From a virus, in IMG/VR virus record IMGVR_UViG_3300025280_004467, positions 6,875-70,874 of that record: a stretch of 64,000 nt of DNA. One strand, 5' to 3'. Below are positions 9,124 through 18,593 of the stretch, piece after piece. The notes below the pieces were generated by a model. The model did not search any database. It was not told the DNA's origin and worked only from the letters and a program-made list of their open reading frames with translations. The position numbers were made by a program, and so were the translations under genes. Position 1 is the stretch's first letter. Each line of letters starts with the position of its first letter.

Positions 9124-10225
9124 TTGCGAGTTAGTTTATAATAAAGAAAATAAAAAAATCTCCCCCAAGCATAAAAAGGGTATTTTAAATTATTTTTATT
9201 TTTATCCTGAAGCCACGGAAGAGAATATATGGCATGATGAAGAAACACTTGAATACTTTTCTGCAGCACAAGTTCTTTCGAATGTTCTTAGTGGGCAAAA
9301 TCATCATTTTATTTGTAGTAGAGGGGATTTTATTAGTAACCAACACCGCCCACATCCTGCAAGCCCTTTATATATACGTGATGTGGGCTATGCAAACGAA
9401 GAATCCGAAGGGCGACGACTGGTACGTACATGCGTAAAATACATATCTGTTACTGATAATACGAAAACTAGTCCTAATGTTGAGTACGGTGTGATCTGCG
9501 CGGGATTTATTGAAATACAGAATTATTATTCAACCTTAAAAGAAAATTTTAATAAAAATTCTGAAATGCTGAACACAGAGATAAGATGCGGGTATTGTAA
9601 AGAAATTGACGAAATTAGAAATCAGGATTCAGTTTTAATCATTGGCGGCGCCCCTTCTTCGTTGCAGGTGGATTATTCGCAATTTGATGAAATCCCAAAA
9701 TGGACAATGAATTCATTTTATTTGAATGACAAAATTTCTTCTTTGCCAAATATTCAACTAGTTTCTTTGCTAGACAACGTAAATATAGAAGACAATAGGC
9801 TATGGGATTGCCTTGAAAATATTAAACCTTTATTAATACAAGAAATTAGCGAATTGGGAGATAAGAGAATACAAGATATTAAAAACAGATATGACAAAAT
9901 AACATATATGCACACTAGATATCGTTCTCGTTTGGGAATCGGAGCCCGCCTAATTGTTTTTGCTATTCTATTAGGTATTAAAAAAATTTATATTACTGGA
10001 ATGGATGGGTACGATGCAAAATTATCAGAAAGACACGCTTTTGAAAAAGGGAAGAAGTTACCAGGCTGGTTAACTGAATTTGGCCCTCACATGCAAAAAC
10101 AAAATTTTGTTGTATTTTGGGATTATATAATGTATACTTTAAAGAAGTCATATGATTTTGAAATAATTGATCTTTCGAAAGGGATAGACAATATTCAATA
10201 TAAATTTATTCAAGAAGAGATATGA
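9110..10225 (+). CDS. CstII/GT42-like (Maf-like) sialyl/nonulosonyl transferase
   Basis: VLIIGGAPSS, MNSFY, AILLGIKKIYITGMDGY resemble CstII motifs (IAGNGPS, NQFY, ALGYKEIYLSGIDFY). Confidence 0.6.
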   Translation: MKWGDCELVYNKENKKISPKHKKGILNYFYFYPEATEENIWHDEETLEYFSAAQVLSNVLSGQNHHFICSRGDFISNQHRPHPASPLYIRDVGYANEESEGRRLVRTCVKYISVTDNTKTSPNVEYGVICAGFIEIQNYYSTLKENFNKNSEMLNTEIRCGYCKEIDEIRNQDSVLIIGGAPSSLQVDYSQFDEIPKWTMNSFYLNDKISSLPNIQLVSLLDNVNIEDNRLWDCLENIKPLLIQEISELGDKRIQDIKNRYDKITYMHTRYRSRLGIGARLIVFAILLGIKKIYITGMDGYDAKLSERHAFEKGKKLPGWLTEFGPHMQKQNFVVFWDYIMYTLKKSYDFEIIDLSKGIDNIQYKFIQEEI

Positions 10226-10914
10226 AAAACATAAATGAAATTGCAATTGTAATACAGGCCAGGTTGGGATCACAAAGATGTCGAAATAAGATGATTAAAC
10301 CTTTTGCCGGAACGACACTTACAGATATCTCAATCGAAAAGGTATTAAATTCTCAAATTATACCAAAAGGAAACTTTTATCTTTCTGTGCATGAAAAAGA
10401 ATTAATAGATATAGGCAAAAAACATGATATTAATATATTCCACAGAAGCGAAGCTTCAGCTATGTCAGAGGGAACCCCTATGACAGAAATTTATGAATGG
10501 TGGGATAAATTACCATTTAAATACGTTGTTTTAATTAACGCATGTTGCCCACTGCTTGAAACAGATACCATTGATAAATTTATTAAAAGATATCTTAAGT
10601 CAAATTCAGATGGTATGTTTGGTGTTGTAGAAAAGAAAAATTATTTTTGGGATATGGAAGGCAACTGTTTGATTCCTTTAACAGAAGCAGTTATGAATAC
10701 GAAGACCGCTGATCCTGTTCACGAGGCGGCCCATTGTCTTTATGCGAGCAAGATGGAAGATATTGGTAGAGGAGTTTGGATGGGAGATTTCAGAAAGAAA
10801 GGAAAAATTGAGTTGGTTCCAGTGCCGGAAGAAGAAATATTCGATATTGATTATGAGTGGGAATTTGAATTTTATGAAACCCTCTATAAACATGTTAATA
10901 AACTAGACAGATAA
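10222..10914 (+). CDS. neuA: CMP-nonulosonate synthetase (NeuA/cytidylyltransferase family)
   Basis: IVIQARLGSQRCRNKMIKPFAG; NACCPLL; DIDYEWEF. Confidence 0.85.
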   Translation: MKNINEIAIVIQARLGSQRCRNKMIKPFAGTTLTDISIEKVLNSQIIPKGNFYLSVHEKELIDIGKKHDINIFHRSEASAMSEGTPMTEIYEWWDKLPFKYVVLINACCPLLETDTIDKFIKRYLKSNSDGMFGVVEKKNYFWDMEGNCLIPLTEAVMNTKTADPVHEAAHCLYASKMEDIGRGVWMGDFRKKGKIELVPVPEEEIFDIDYEWEFEFYETLYKHVNKLDR

Positions 10915-10928
10915 AAACAATTAAGAAG

Positions 10929-11687
10929 ATGATGAATAAAATATTACTTGTGGGACCATCTAAAAAACTTAAGTCATTTAATTTAGAATTTTTTGAAGAC
11001 TGCAAAAAAGAAGGTTATAGTATAATTTCTTATAGTGATTCCATTGGCAGATTAAAAGAAATTGAATATAAACCAGATTATCATTGTTTTATAGATCCAG
11101 CAACTATAAGAGGGCCAAGTGAAGAGCATCCTTTTTTAGAGGATGTGGATCTATTAGTTGCTGATGTATTTGGTCAACATCCGGAACTTTCAAGTTATTT
11201 TAATAATTTTAACAGAGTGTTTAAATATCCTGTAGACGAATATCCTCCAGTAAATGCTATTGAATCAACGCCAAAACCTCATGGTAGCAGTCTGACACTT
11301 TCATTTGGAGCACCACTTGAAATTGAAGTTACAAAAGACGAAGATAAACATATTGATTTTTATGAAAAATATTATATGTTTCAACCCACATTTATTCTAT
11401 CTTCTCACAGCATGAAAAGGTTAAATACAGATAAGTTCTCTTGTTATCTGTTACCATTAGTTTTGTTTCATTTTAAAAATTTAAAAAAAATAGATTGTAT
11501 AGGTTTTGGCGATTTTGATGTTGATAGGGGATGGGGTTCTCAAAGATCTGACGGATATGAAGACTACAAAGAAACTTTTGATATAGTGGTACCTTATTTT
11601 AAAAACTTTTTTGAAAAAAATAATATAGAAATAAATTTTCTTGGTGATACGAGTAATAATTATTATTTTAAAAAATTGAGAGAATAA
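10929..11687 (+). CDS. Hypothetical protein, possibly a divergent Maf/GT42-like fold
   Basis: ILLVGPS N-terminus and KIDCIGFGDF echo the neighbouring transferases. Confidence 0.4.
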   Translation: MMNKILLVGPSKKLKSFNLEFFEDCKKEGYSIISYSDSIGRLKEIEYKPDYHCFIDPATIRGPSEEHPFLEDVDLLVADVFGQHPELSSYFNNFNRVFKYPVDEYPPVNAIESTPKPHGSSLTLSFGAPLEIEVTKDEDKHIDFYEKYYMFQPTFILSSHSMKRLNTDKFSCYLLPLVLFHFKNLKKIDCIGFGDFDVDRGWGSQRSDGYEDYKETFDIVVPYFKNFFEKNNIEINFLGDTSNNYYFKKLRE

Positions 11688-11689
11688 AA

Positions 11690-12664
11690 ATGGAAAGGTT
11701 TTATGAAGGAAAAAAAATATTAATAACTGGTGGAACAGGCTCGTTGGGCAAAGCACTTATAAAGAGATTAAAGAAAATAGATTGTCAGTTAATAGTTTAT
11801 AGTAGGGATGAGGGAAAACAAGCATTATTATTTGGCGACGATCCAAATATTATAAGAGTGATTGGGGATGTTAGAGATTTAAATAAACTAAACACCACCT
11901 TTCGACTTCACAAACCTGATTATGTTATCCACGCGGCAGCGCTTAAAAGAGTTGACGATATGGAGATGTATCCGGATGAATGTGTAAAAACAAATATTCA
12001 GGGTTCTGAAAATGTTGCAGTTGCTGCATTGAATAATGGTGTTAAAAAGTGTATGTTAGTCTCGACTGATAAAGCTTGTCAACCTGTTAATGTTTATGGT
12101 TCTTCAAAGTTTATAGCAGAAAGAATATTTACAAACTTTGATTACAATTCAGAAACTACAATTTTTGCTTCTGTTAGATATGGTAATGTCATTGCCAGCC
12201 GCGGCTCTTTTATACCTCTCTGGCTTAGTTTGATTGCCGAGAATAAAAAAATAAAAATTACATCAATGGACTGCAGCAGGTTTTTGTTTACTTTGTCAGA
12301 TGCAGTTGATACTGTGTTAAACTCGCTTGAAAATGCTCAAGGAGGAGAAGTTTTTATACCAAAAATTAATTCATACAATATGGAATTAATTGTTTCTGCT
12401 GTAAAAAAAATGATTAACAAAAAAATAGGTTGTGAAATAACTGGTATGCGACCTGGAGAAAAGATTCATGAAGATATGTTGGCAGAAACAGAACTTCCTT
12501 TTACATATGAGATAGACGATAGATTGATGGTGGTCGCACCACAATATACAAAAAAAACACATTCATATAATAAAAAATATAAAGGACTTCATTATAATTC
12601 GTCTCTTCACTTAAACAATAATGTTGAGGAATTGGTCAATTTGATAGAACGAGGCATTAGCTAG
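11690..12664 (+). CDS. pseB: UDP-GlcNAc 4,6-dehydratase (PseB/FlaA1/CapD family)
   Basis: ITGGTGSLG, YSRDEGKQ, HAAALK, STDKA, YGSSK, RYGNVIASRGS, RPGEKIHE. Confidence 0.9.
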   Translation: MERFYEGKKILITGGTGSLGKALIKRLKKIDCQLIVYSRDEGKQALLFGDDPNIIRVIGDVRDLNKLNTTFRLHKPDYVIHAAALKRVDDMEMYPDECVKTNIQGSENVAVAALNNGVKKCMLVSTDKACQPVNVYGSSKFIAERIFTNFDYNSETTIFASVRYGNVIASRGSFIPLWLSLIAENKKIKITSMDCSRFLFTLSDAVDTVLNSLENAQGGEVFIPKINSYNMELIVSAVKKMINKKIGCEITGMRPGEKIHEDMLAETELPFTYEIDDRLMVVAPQYTKKTHSYNKKYKGLHYNSSLHLNNNVEELVNLIERGIS

Positions 12665-12674
12665 CTTATATAAT

Positions 12675-13691
12675 ATGAAGATATTTGAAACAATTTTTTC
12701 TGAGCAAGAGTTAAAGCCTGTTGTTGAAGTTTTGAAAAAGGGACAATTGGGTTTTGGTGAAAATGTTATTAAGTTAGAAGAAAGATTTTTTAATTTTTCC
12801 AAGCTAAAATATAATACGGCAGTCAATTCCGCATCTGCTGCAGCTTTTGTTATTTTTGAATTTTTAAAAGAAAAATATGGCATTTGTGATGTATATACGA
12901 CAACGTTGGGATTTGTGTCTCCCGTATGGGCAGCGCAGAAAGCGGGCCATAATATAATTTTTGTTGATGTTGGAAATGATTTACTTTTTGATTGTGAAGA
13001 TTATAAAAGTAAGAGAAATGATTCAAACTCAAAAAATAAAGTTATTTTAATGCCAGTATTATATGGTGGCGTCAGTAAAATAAACAATTGGAGCGTATAT
13101 AAAGATGAAATAATAGTAACTGATTCGGCTCATTGTATAACTCCAACGATTAAATCAGATTATGTATTTTTTTCTTTCCACCCTTATAAACCAATTTGTA
13201 CTTCAGACGGCGGTATGATATCAACTGGTGATCGGGAGGCAGATAAATATTTTAAGTCTTATCGAAATTTTGGGAGGGCGTCATCGGATAATTCATATAA
13301 CATAATTCAAAATGGGTTTAAATTTTATATGAATAATTTAAACGCTGCTATAGGTTTGATTAGTTTAGACAAATACGAAAACAGTTTAAATGTTCGTAAA
13401 AGTAATTTTAATTTTATTGAAAAAAATGTTATAGTAAAAAATAAATTATTAAATCACGATCAGTATTCATCTTACTATTTTGCCACTGTTTTTTGTGAGA
13501 ATGCAGATGATAAAATGAAAAAACTTAACATAACTAGACATTATCCTTTGTTGCATAAAACAACTTTTTTTGATGAAGATCAAACTTTGAAAAATTCTGA
13601 GAATTTATATGATAAATTTTGCAATATTCCGATACATGAAAACTTAACAAAAAGTGATATTACTTTTGTGGTGGATACTATAAATGAGTAA
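12675..13691 (+). CDS. DegT/DnrJ/PseC-family PLP sugar aminotransferase
   Basis: AVNSASAA, DSAH, FSFHPYKPICTSDGGMI (catalytic Lys), GFKFYMNNLNAAIG. Confidence 0.9.
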   Translation: MKIFETIFSEQELKPVVEVLKKGQLGFGENVIKLEERFFNFSKLKYNTAVNSASAAAFVIFEFLKEKYGICDVYTTTLGFVSPVWAAQKAGHNIIFVDVGNDLLFDCEDYKSKRNDSNSKNKVILMPVLYGGVSKINNWSVYKDEIIVTDSAHCITPTIKSDYVFFSFHPYKPICTSDGGMISTGDREADKYFKSYRNFGRASSDNSYNIIQNGFKFYMNNLNAAIGLISLDKYENSLNVRKSNFNFIEKNVIVKNKLLNHDQYSSYYFATVFCENADDKMKKLNITRHYPLLHKTTFFDEDQTLKNSENLYDKFCNIPIHENLTKSDITFVVDTINE

Positions 13692-14694
13692 GACATTTAT
13701 CATAGCTGAAGCCGGCGCCAATCATGATAGAAATTTTGAACAAGCTTGTAAATTAATAGATGTTGCTGTCGAAGCAAAAGCGAACGCTGTTAAATTTCAA
13801 ACATATTCAGCCAATACTTTATATTGCAAAAATACTCCTAATTTTGCAGGGTATGAAAATGTTTTTGATTTAATTAAAAATATTGAACTTCCTAGAGAGT
13901 GGCAAATCGATTTGAAAAAATATTGCGATGACAAAGGTATAGAATTTATGTCAACTCCATTCGATAGAAAAGCTGTTGATGAGTTGTATAGCTTGGGCAT
14001 AAAAAGATTTAAAATTGCAGGATTTGAATGTACCGATCCCAGAATGGTTAAATATATAGCATCAACAAAGTTGCCATTAGTAATATCTCTTGGGATAGGC
14101 ACAAAACTCGAAACGGCGACACATATTAGAGATTGGGTTCTAGAAGTAAATAAAGAACCTGATATTACTTTCTTACACTGTAATAATGCTTATCCAACAC
14201 CTTATGAGGATATAAATTTAGGACAAATGAAGAAAATGATAAAGCATTTTCATGCAACAGATTTAAAATTTGGATTGTCAGATCACACATTAGGAATATT
14301 GATACCACCTATTGCAGTTGCTTTGGGCGCAGGGACCATTGAAAAACATTATACCATTAATAGAATTTTGCCAGGCCCGGATCATCCATTTGCTATAGAG
14401 CCTGACGAATTGAAAGAGATGATAAAAAATATTCGCTTAGCTGAAAAAGTATTGGGTGAAAAAACTGAAAAATATACAGAAAGTGAACAAGATTTTAGTA
14501 TGGCAAGAAGATCGGTTGTAGTTGATGGCGATGTTAAATTTGGTGATTTAATAACCGAAGAAAATATAACCACTAAGAGGCCTTTGTTAAGTGATTCTGT
14601 ACCGGCTATTGAATATTATAATTTGATAGGCAGGAAATTTAACAAAAATTTATCTGAAGATTCTATTCTAAAATGGGGAGATATAAGTGAGTAA
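13684..14694 (+). CDS. NeuB/PseI/LegI-family nonulosonate synthase with SAF domain
   Basis: IIAEAGANHD, VKFQTY, STPFD, LHCNNAYP, GLSDHT, EKHYT, GPDHPFA, RRSVV...KRP. Confidence 0.92.
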   Translation: MSKTFIIAEAGANHDRNFEQACKLIDVAVEAKANAVKFQTYSANTLYCKNTPNFAGYENVFDLIKNIELPREWQIDLKKYCDDKGIEFMSTPFDRKAVDELYSLGIKRFKIAGFECTDPRMVKYIASTKLPLVISLGIGTKLETATHIRDWVLEVNKEPDITFLHCNNAYPTPYEDINLGQMKKMIKHFHATDLKFGLSDHTLGILIPPIAVALGAGTIEKHYTINRILPGPDHPFAIEPDELKEMIKNIRLAEKVLGEKTEKYTESEQDFSMARRSVVVDGDVKFGDLITEENITTKRPLLSDSVPAIEYYNLIGRKFNKNLSEDSILKWGDISE

Positions 14695-15385
14695 AATATT
14701 TCTGGTATCGAAGTCTAATATATGGTCTGATCGTTTATATGATATATTGAAGAAAGATTTTGATTGTGAGTATTTTAACACAAACGCTTATGAAGATGTA
14801 TTATCCGAATACTCTCCTGATTGGATATTTTTCTTTCACTGGTCTGAAATGATATCGGAAGAAATTTATAACAAGTATAAATGTGTCGTTATACATACAG
14901 GGAACTTGCCAAAAGGTAGAGGAGGTAGCCCATTACAAAATCAAATTTTGGAAGGCATTATTGAAAGTAAAGTAAATGCTATATCTGTAGAAAAAAACGT
15001 AGACAGTGGTGATATTTATTGTTCATTGCCGATAACATTGCAAGGTTCAATAACTGATGTTTGGTTAGTCATTGTAGATAGAGCTTGCACATTAATAAAA
15101 AAATGTGTAAACGAGAACTTGATCCCTGACAAACAAATTGGATATGCACAAGTATATAAGAGAAATAAAAATAACAAAATTCCATTAGAATCTGCAGATG
15201 ACATAATAGATGTGCACAAGTTTATTCAAATGTTGGATGATAAAACTTATCCAAATGCTTTTTTTGAAATTGGTAACTTTAGATTAGAATTTTCAAGAAG
15301 TAAATTAGACAAAGATTGTATTTTAAGCGACGTCGTTATAAGGAGAAAACATGAAAATATTAGTTTTAGCAGCTCATCCAGATGA
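14687..15385 (+). CDS. Sugar N-formyltransferase (Fmt-like)
   Basis: FFHWS, IHTGNLPKGRGGSPLQNQI, VDSGDIY, QMLD...YPNAF. Confidence 0.85.
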   Translation: MSKIFLVSKSNIWSDRLYDILKKDFDCEYFNTNAYEDVLSEYSPDWIFFFHWSEMISEEIYNKYKCVVIHTGNLPKGRGGSPLQNQILEGIIESKVNAISVEKNVDSGDIYCSLPITLQGSITDVWLVIVDRACTLIKKCVNENLIPDKQIGYAQVYKRNKNNKIPLESADDIIDVHKFIQMLDDKTYPNAFFEIGNFRLEFSRSKLDKDCILSDVVIRRKHENISFSSSSR

Positions 15386-15995
15386 TGAAACGCTCGGATG
15401 CGGAGCCACAATTGCTAAATTGTCAAACGAAGGGCATTATATAAAATTGATAACTTTTACAGATGGCATGGGCGCTCGAGGGCTTGTAACTGAAAATAGA
15501 AACGACAAGCTCGATGATGTATGTGACATCTTAGGGATCGATGATTATGTATTTGCTAATTTTCCCGATAATAGGATGGACACAGTATCTTTATTAGATA
15601 AGTGCAAATTTATTGAAGATAGTGTTGATTTTGAGCCAGATATGATATTCACACACCATCCCGGTTGTCTAAATATTGATCATGCTTTAGTTTATAGAGC
15701 GACTATGACAGTTTTTAGGCCTCAAAATGGTGGAAAAACAAAAATTTATTCTTACTATGTGCCTTCATCAACAGATTATAATCCGTTAAACAACTTTGTG
15801 GGGAACGTATATGTTGATGTCGAAAATTATAAAAATGTTAAATTAGACTGTTTGAGAAAATGTTATAGTGAGGAGATTAGAGAATATCCTCATTCTCGAA
15901 GTTATACTAATATAGAAAATTTAATGAAAGTGTGGGGTTCTGAAGTTGGTTTAAAATTCGCAGAAAAATTTCAGTTAATCAGGGAAATTATATAA
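15351..15995 (+). CDS. PIG-L/LmbE-family de-N-acetylase
   Basis: LAAHPDDETLGCGATI, FTDG, FPDNRMD, THH...NIDH, AEKF. Confidence 0.92.
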   Translation: MKILVLAAHPDDETLGCGATIAKLSNEGHYIKLITFTDGMGARGLVTENRNDKLDDVCDILGIDDYVFANFPDNRMDTVSLLDKCKFIEDSVDFEPDMIFTHHPGCLNIDHALVYRATMTVFRPQNGGKTKIYSYYVPSSTDYNPLNNFVGNVYVDVENYKNVKLDCLRKCYSEEIREYPHSRSYTNIENLMKVWGSEVGLKFAEKFQLIREII

Positions 15996-16753
15996 TGAAA
16001 GTTATTTTTTTAGGCTATGAGAATTGTAATCTTATAAAATTTTTATCCGAGAGCTGTGAAGTATATCAAACTATGGACCCTATAACGTTATCTGAAATTG
16101 AAAAATTCAATCCAGATATGATAATATCTTATGGATACTTACACATTATTAAAAAAGATGTGATAGAAATGTACGAGGGAAAGATCATAAATCTTCATAT
16201 TTCATATCTTCCGTGGAATAAGGGTGTATATCCGAACATATGGAGCATTATTGATAATACGCCAAAAGGTGTTTCTATACATTTAATTGACGAAGGTGTT
16301 GATACTGGTGATATAATTTTTCAGCGAGAGGTGGAAATTAACGATGATGACACACTATCTTCTTCTTACTGGAAACTTAGAGATAATATAGAAGATTTGT
16401 TTATTGAGAAATGGGATTTAATCAGAAATTTTAATTTTCATAGAAAAAAACAAATACCAGATGGAACTTTTCACCTTAGAAAAACAAGTGAAAAATACTT
16501 TCAACTATTAGGAATATTAGGCAACTGGGAGGTTAGCGTGAAGGAATTGAAGAAAAAAAGCGATGAAGAAATTATTAATGAAATTCAAAAAATTCGAACT
16601 AAAAACAACACACACTGGATGGATGTTGTAAAATTAGCTTTTAGACTTTCGCCCAAAGAAGCAAGAGAAATTTTTAAGAAAATTAAATATTGCGATTACA
16701 AAATTAATGAATTACTTAAGGAGCTGGCTGACAATGATTTGGAACAATTGTAA
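15995..16753 (+). CDS. Sugar N-formyltransferase with an extra C-terminal helical domain
   Basis: ISYGY, INLHISYLPWNKG, GVSIHLIDEGVDTGDII; C-terminal IINEIQKIRTKNNTHWMD segment. Confidence 0.85.
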   Translation: MKVIFLGYENCNLIKFLSESCEVYQTMDPITLSEIEKFNPDMIISYGYLHIIKKDVIEMYEGKIINLHISYLPWNKGVYPNIWSIIDNTPKGVSIHLIDEGVDTGDIIFQREVEINDDDTLSSSYWKLRDNIEDLFIEKWDLIRNFNFHRKKQIPDGTFHLRKTSEKYFQLLGILGNWEVSVKELKKKSDEEIINEIQKIRTKNNTHWMDVVKLAFRLSPKEAREIFKKIKYCDYKINELLKELADNDLEQL

Positions 16754-17723
16754 AATAATTTATGAAGATGGCGAGCTTCATGAAGAATGTTCGCCAGGAA
16801 CTGGAATGTTTCAATCTTATTTAAGATACTGTAACAATATTTTGAGCGAGCCTAAACTTCCCGTTTGGTATGATATGGAAGAAAATATTTGCTTTGGCTT
16901 AGAACAGACATGGTTAAATACTATCAGTAGAGAATCATTTTTTATTTCGGATAAAAATAGCTTTTTAGAAGGTAATAGATGGGATAAAGATTTTGTTTTA
17001 AATTATTTTGGTGAAATTTTTGGAAAAAATATTATAGAAAATGATGAGATTATGTATTACAACTTGTCACGATTGGAAAATATTAAAAATTCAAAAGTTT
17101 TAGTTGTTGGAGCCGGCCCAACAACAAACACTTGCGATTGGAATCCGGATGATTATGATCACATTTTATCTTGTAATCATTTTTTTCTCAATGATAAAAT
17201 AAAAAATATAAATGTTACTTTAGCAACGGTCACAAAAGAAGTAGACTTGTCTAAAGATAATGTTGAGTTCAATGATTACATGGATAAGAACTCAACAATA
17301 ATATGTTTTGAAGACAGATTTCATAATGAACAAAAAGACGGATTTGAATATATGAAAGAAAAATATCCTGATAGAGTTATGTATGCCCATACAAGATATA
17401 GGGGAAAAATAGGAAGCATGACTAGACTTTTGTGCCTTGCTGTTCTTTTGGGAGCTAAAGAGATTGATATAGTTGGCATGGATGGGTTTAAGAAAAGTAT
17501 AAAGCCTGGCGATGATAACGATCATTCATTTGAAAAAGGGAAAGTTTTTCAAGGCACTCATAATTATCGGCTCTATAAAAGACACTATGTTGCGTTATGG
17601 GATTATTTATTGAATTATGTTGGAAAGGGCGTGAAATTTAGAAATTTAGGAGAAAATCATGAATCAAACATGTCATCAGACATTTCTAAACAAATGTTTC
17701 CGCTAAAAGAAGGTGACAAATGA
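16734..17723 (+). CDS. CstII/GT42-like (Maf-like) transferase, paralog of 9110-10225
   Basis: VLVVGAGPT, SCNHFF, HTRYRGKIG...AVLLGAKEIDIVGMDG, HSFEKGK, WDY; ATG 16734 preceded by AAGGAG. Confidence 0.62.
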   Translation: MIWNNCKIIYEDGELHEECSPGTGMFQSYLRYCNNILSEPKLPVWYDMEENICFGLEQTWLNTISRESFFISDKNSFLEGNRWDKDFVLNYFGEIFGKNIIENDEIMYYNLSRLENIKNSKVLVVGAGPTTNTCDWNPDDYDHILSCNHFFLNDKIKNINVTLATVTKEVDLSKDNVEFNDYMDKNSTIICFEDRFHNEQKDGFEYMKEKYPDRVMYAHTRYRGKIGSMTRLLCLAVLLGAKEIDIVGMDGFKKSIKPGDDNDHSFEKGKVFQGTHNYRLYKRHYVALWDYLLNYVGKGVKFRNLGENHESNMSSDISKQMFPLKEGDK

Positions 17724-18592
17724 AATGGATTACAGAAGATGATGCAAGGTTTTATGGCCATTGGACTAATAGAAATGGTACAGACTCAGTTCAATATTAT
17801 AATGAACAAATAACCAATAGAAGAAAGAAATATAATTTCGAAAAGAGTGAAAAATATCTTCCCTTTATTGAACAACTTAATGATAAAGGCTATTATAAGG
17901 CTGAGAACTTTTTTGATAAAAGTTTATTATTAGAATTAAAAGAAGAAACTGAAAATTTAATAAGAGAAGATAAGCATATTAAAAGAAGGGACAAAAATAA
18001 TATTGTAGTCGATCAACCTTTTCTATATACCAAAAGTGCTTCCAAGATAGCTTTTCATGATTCTTTAATTCAAATTGCATCAATGTACTTTAATTGCCTA
18101 CCAGCAATTGGAACTTTTAACTTAAGAAAAAGTATGGTCAATGATTTACCTTTAGACGGAACAAACCTTTTCCACAGAGATTTTAACAGTACAGTAAAAA
18201 TTTTAAAGTTTTTCTTTTATTTGAACGATGTCAATAAGGATAATGGGCCTTTTACATACGTTGAGGAGAGTAATAGAAAAATGTTTGAAGGTTGGTGGTT
18301 ACAGCACAGATGGAGGGACGAAGAATTGGCAATGATATACGGGAAAGACAAAATAAAACATTTGACTGCTAATTTCGGAGATATGTTAATGGCGAGAACA
18401 AATGGCTGGCACAAAGGCCAAAAGTTGGTCACCGGCGAACGATTAATGTTAACTGTGAATTTTGTTATACATCCTGAACTTGCCGGCGGAAGACCTCAAA
18501 CTGAAGAAAAAAGATTTCAAATTAAAAAAGAAGATTATCATAATCTTTCAGATCATAAAAAGCCAGTTGCTGATTTTTTAATAAAGGTTTAA
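17720..18592 (+). CDS. Fe(II)/2-oxoglutarate dioxygenase, phytanoyl-CoA dioxygenase (PhyH) family
   Basis: FHRD, KFFFYLNDV..DNGPF, GD......NGWHKG, RLML. Confidence 0.85.
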   Translation: MKWITEDDARFYGHWTNRNGTDSVQYYNEQITNRRKKYNFEKSEKYLPFIEQLNDKGYYKAENFFDKSLLLELKEETENLIREDKHIKRRDKNNIVVDQPFLYTKSASKIAFHDSLIQIASMYFNCLPAIGTFNLRKSMVNDLPLDGTNLFHRDFNSTVKILKFFFYLNDVNKDNGPFTYVEESNRKMFEGWWLQHRWRDEELAMIYGKDKIKHLTANFGDMLMARTNGWHKGQKLVTGERLMLTVNFVIHPELAGGRPQTEEKRFQIKKEDYHNLSDHKKPVADFLIKV

Positions 18593-18593
18593 A

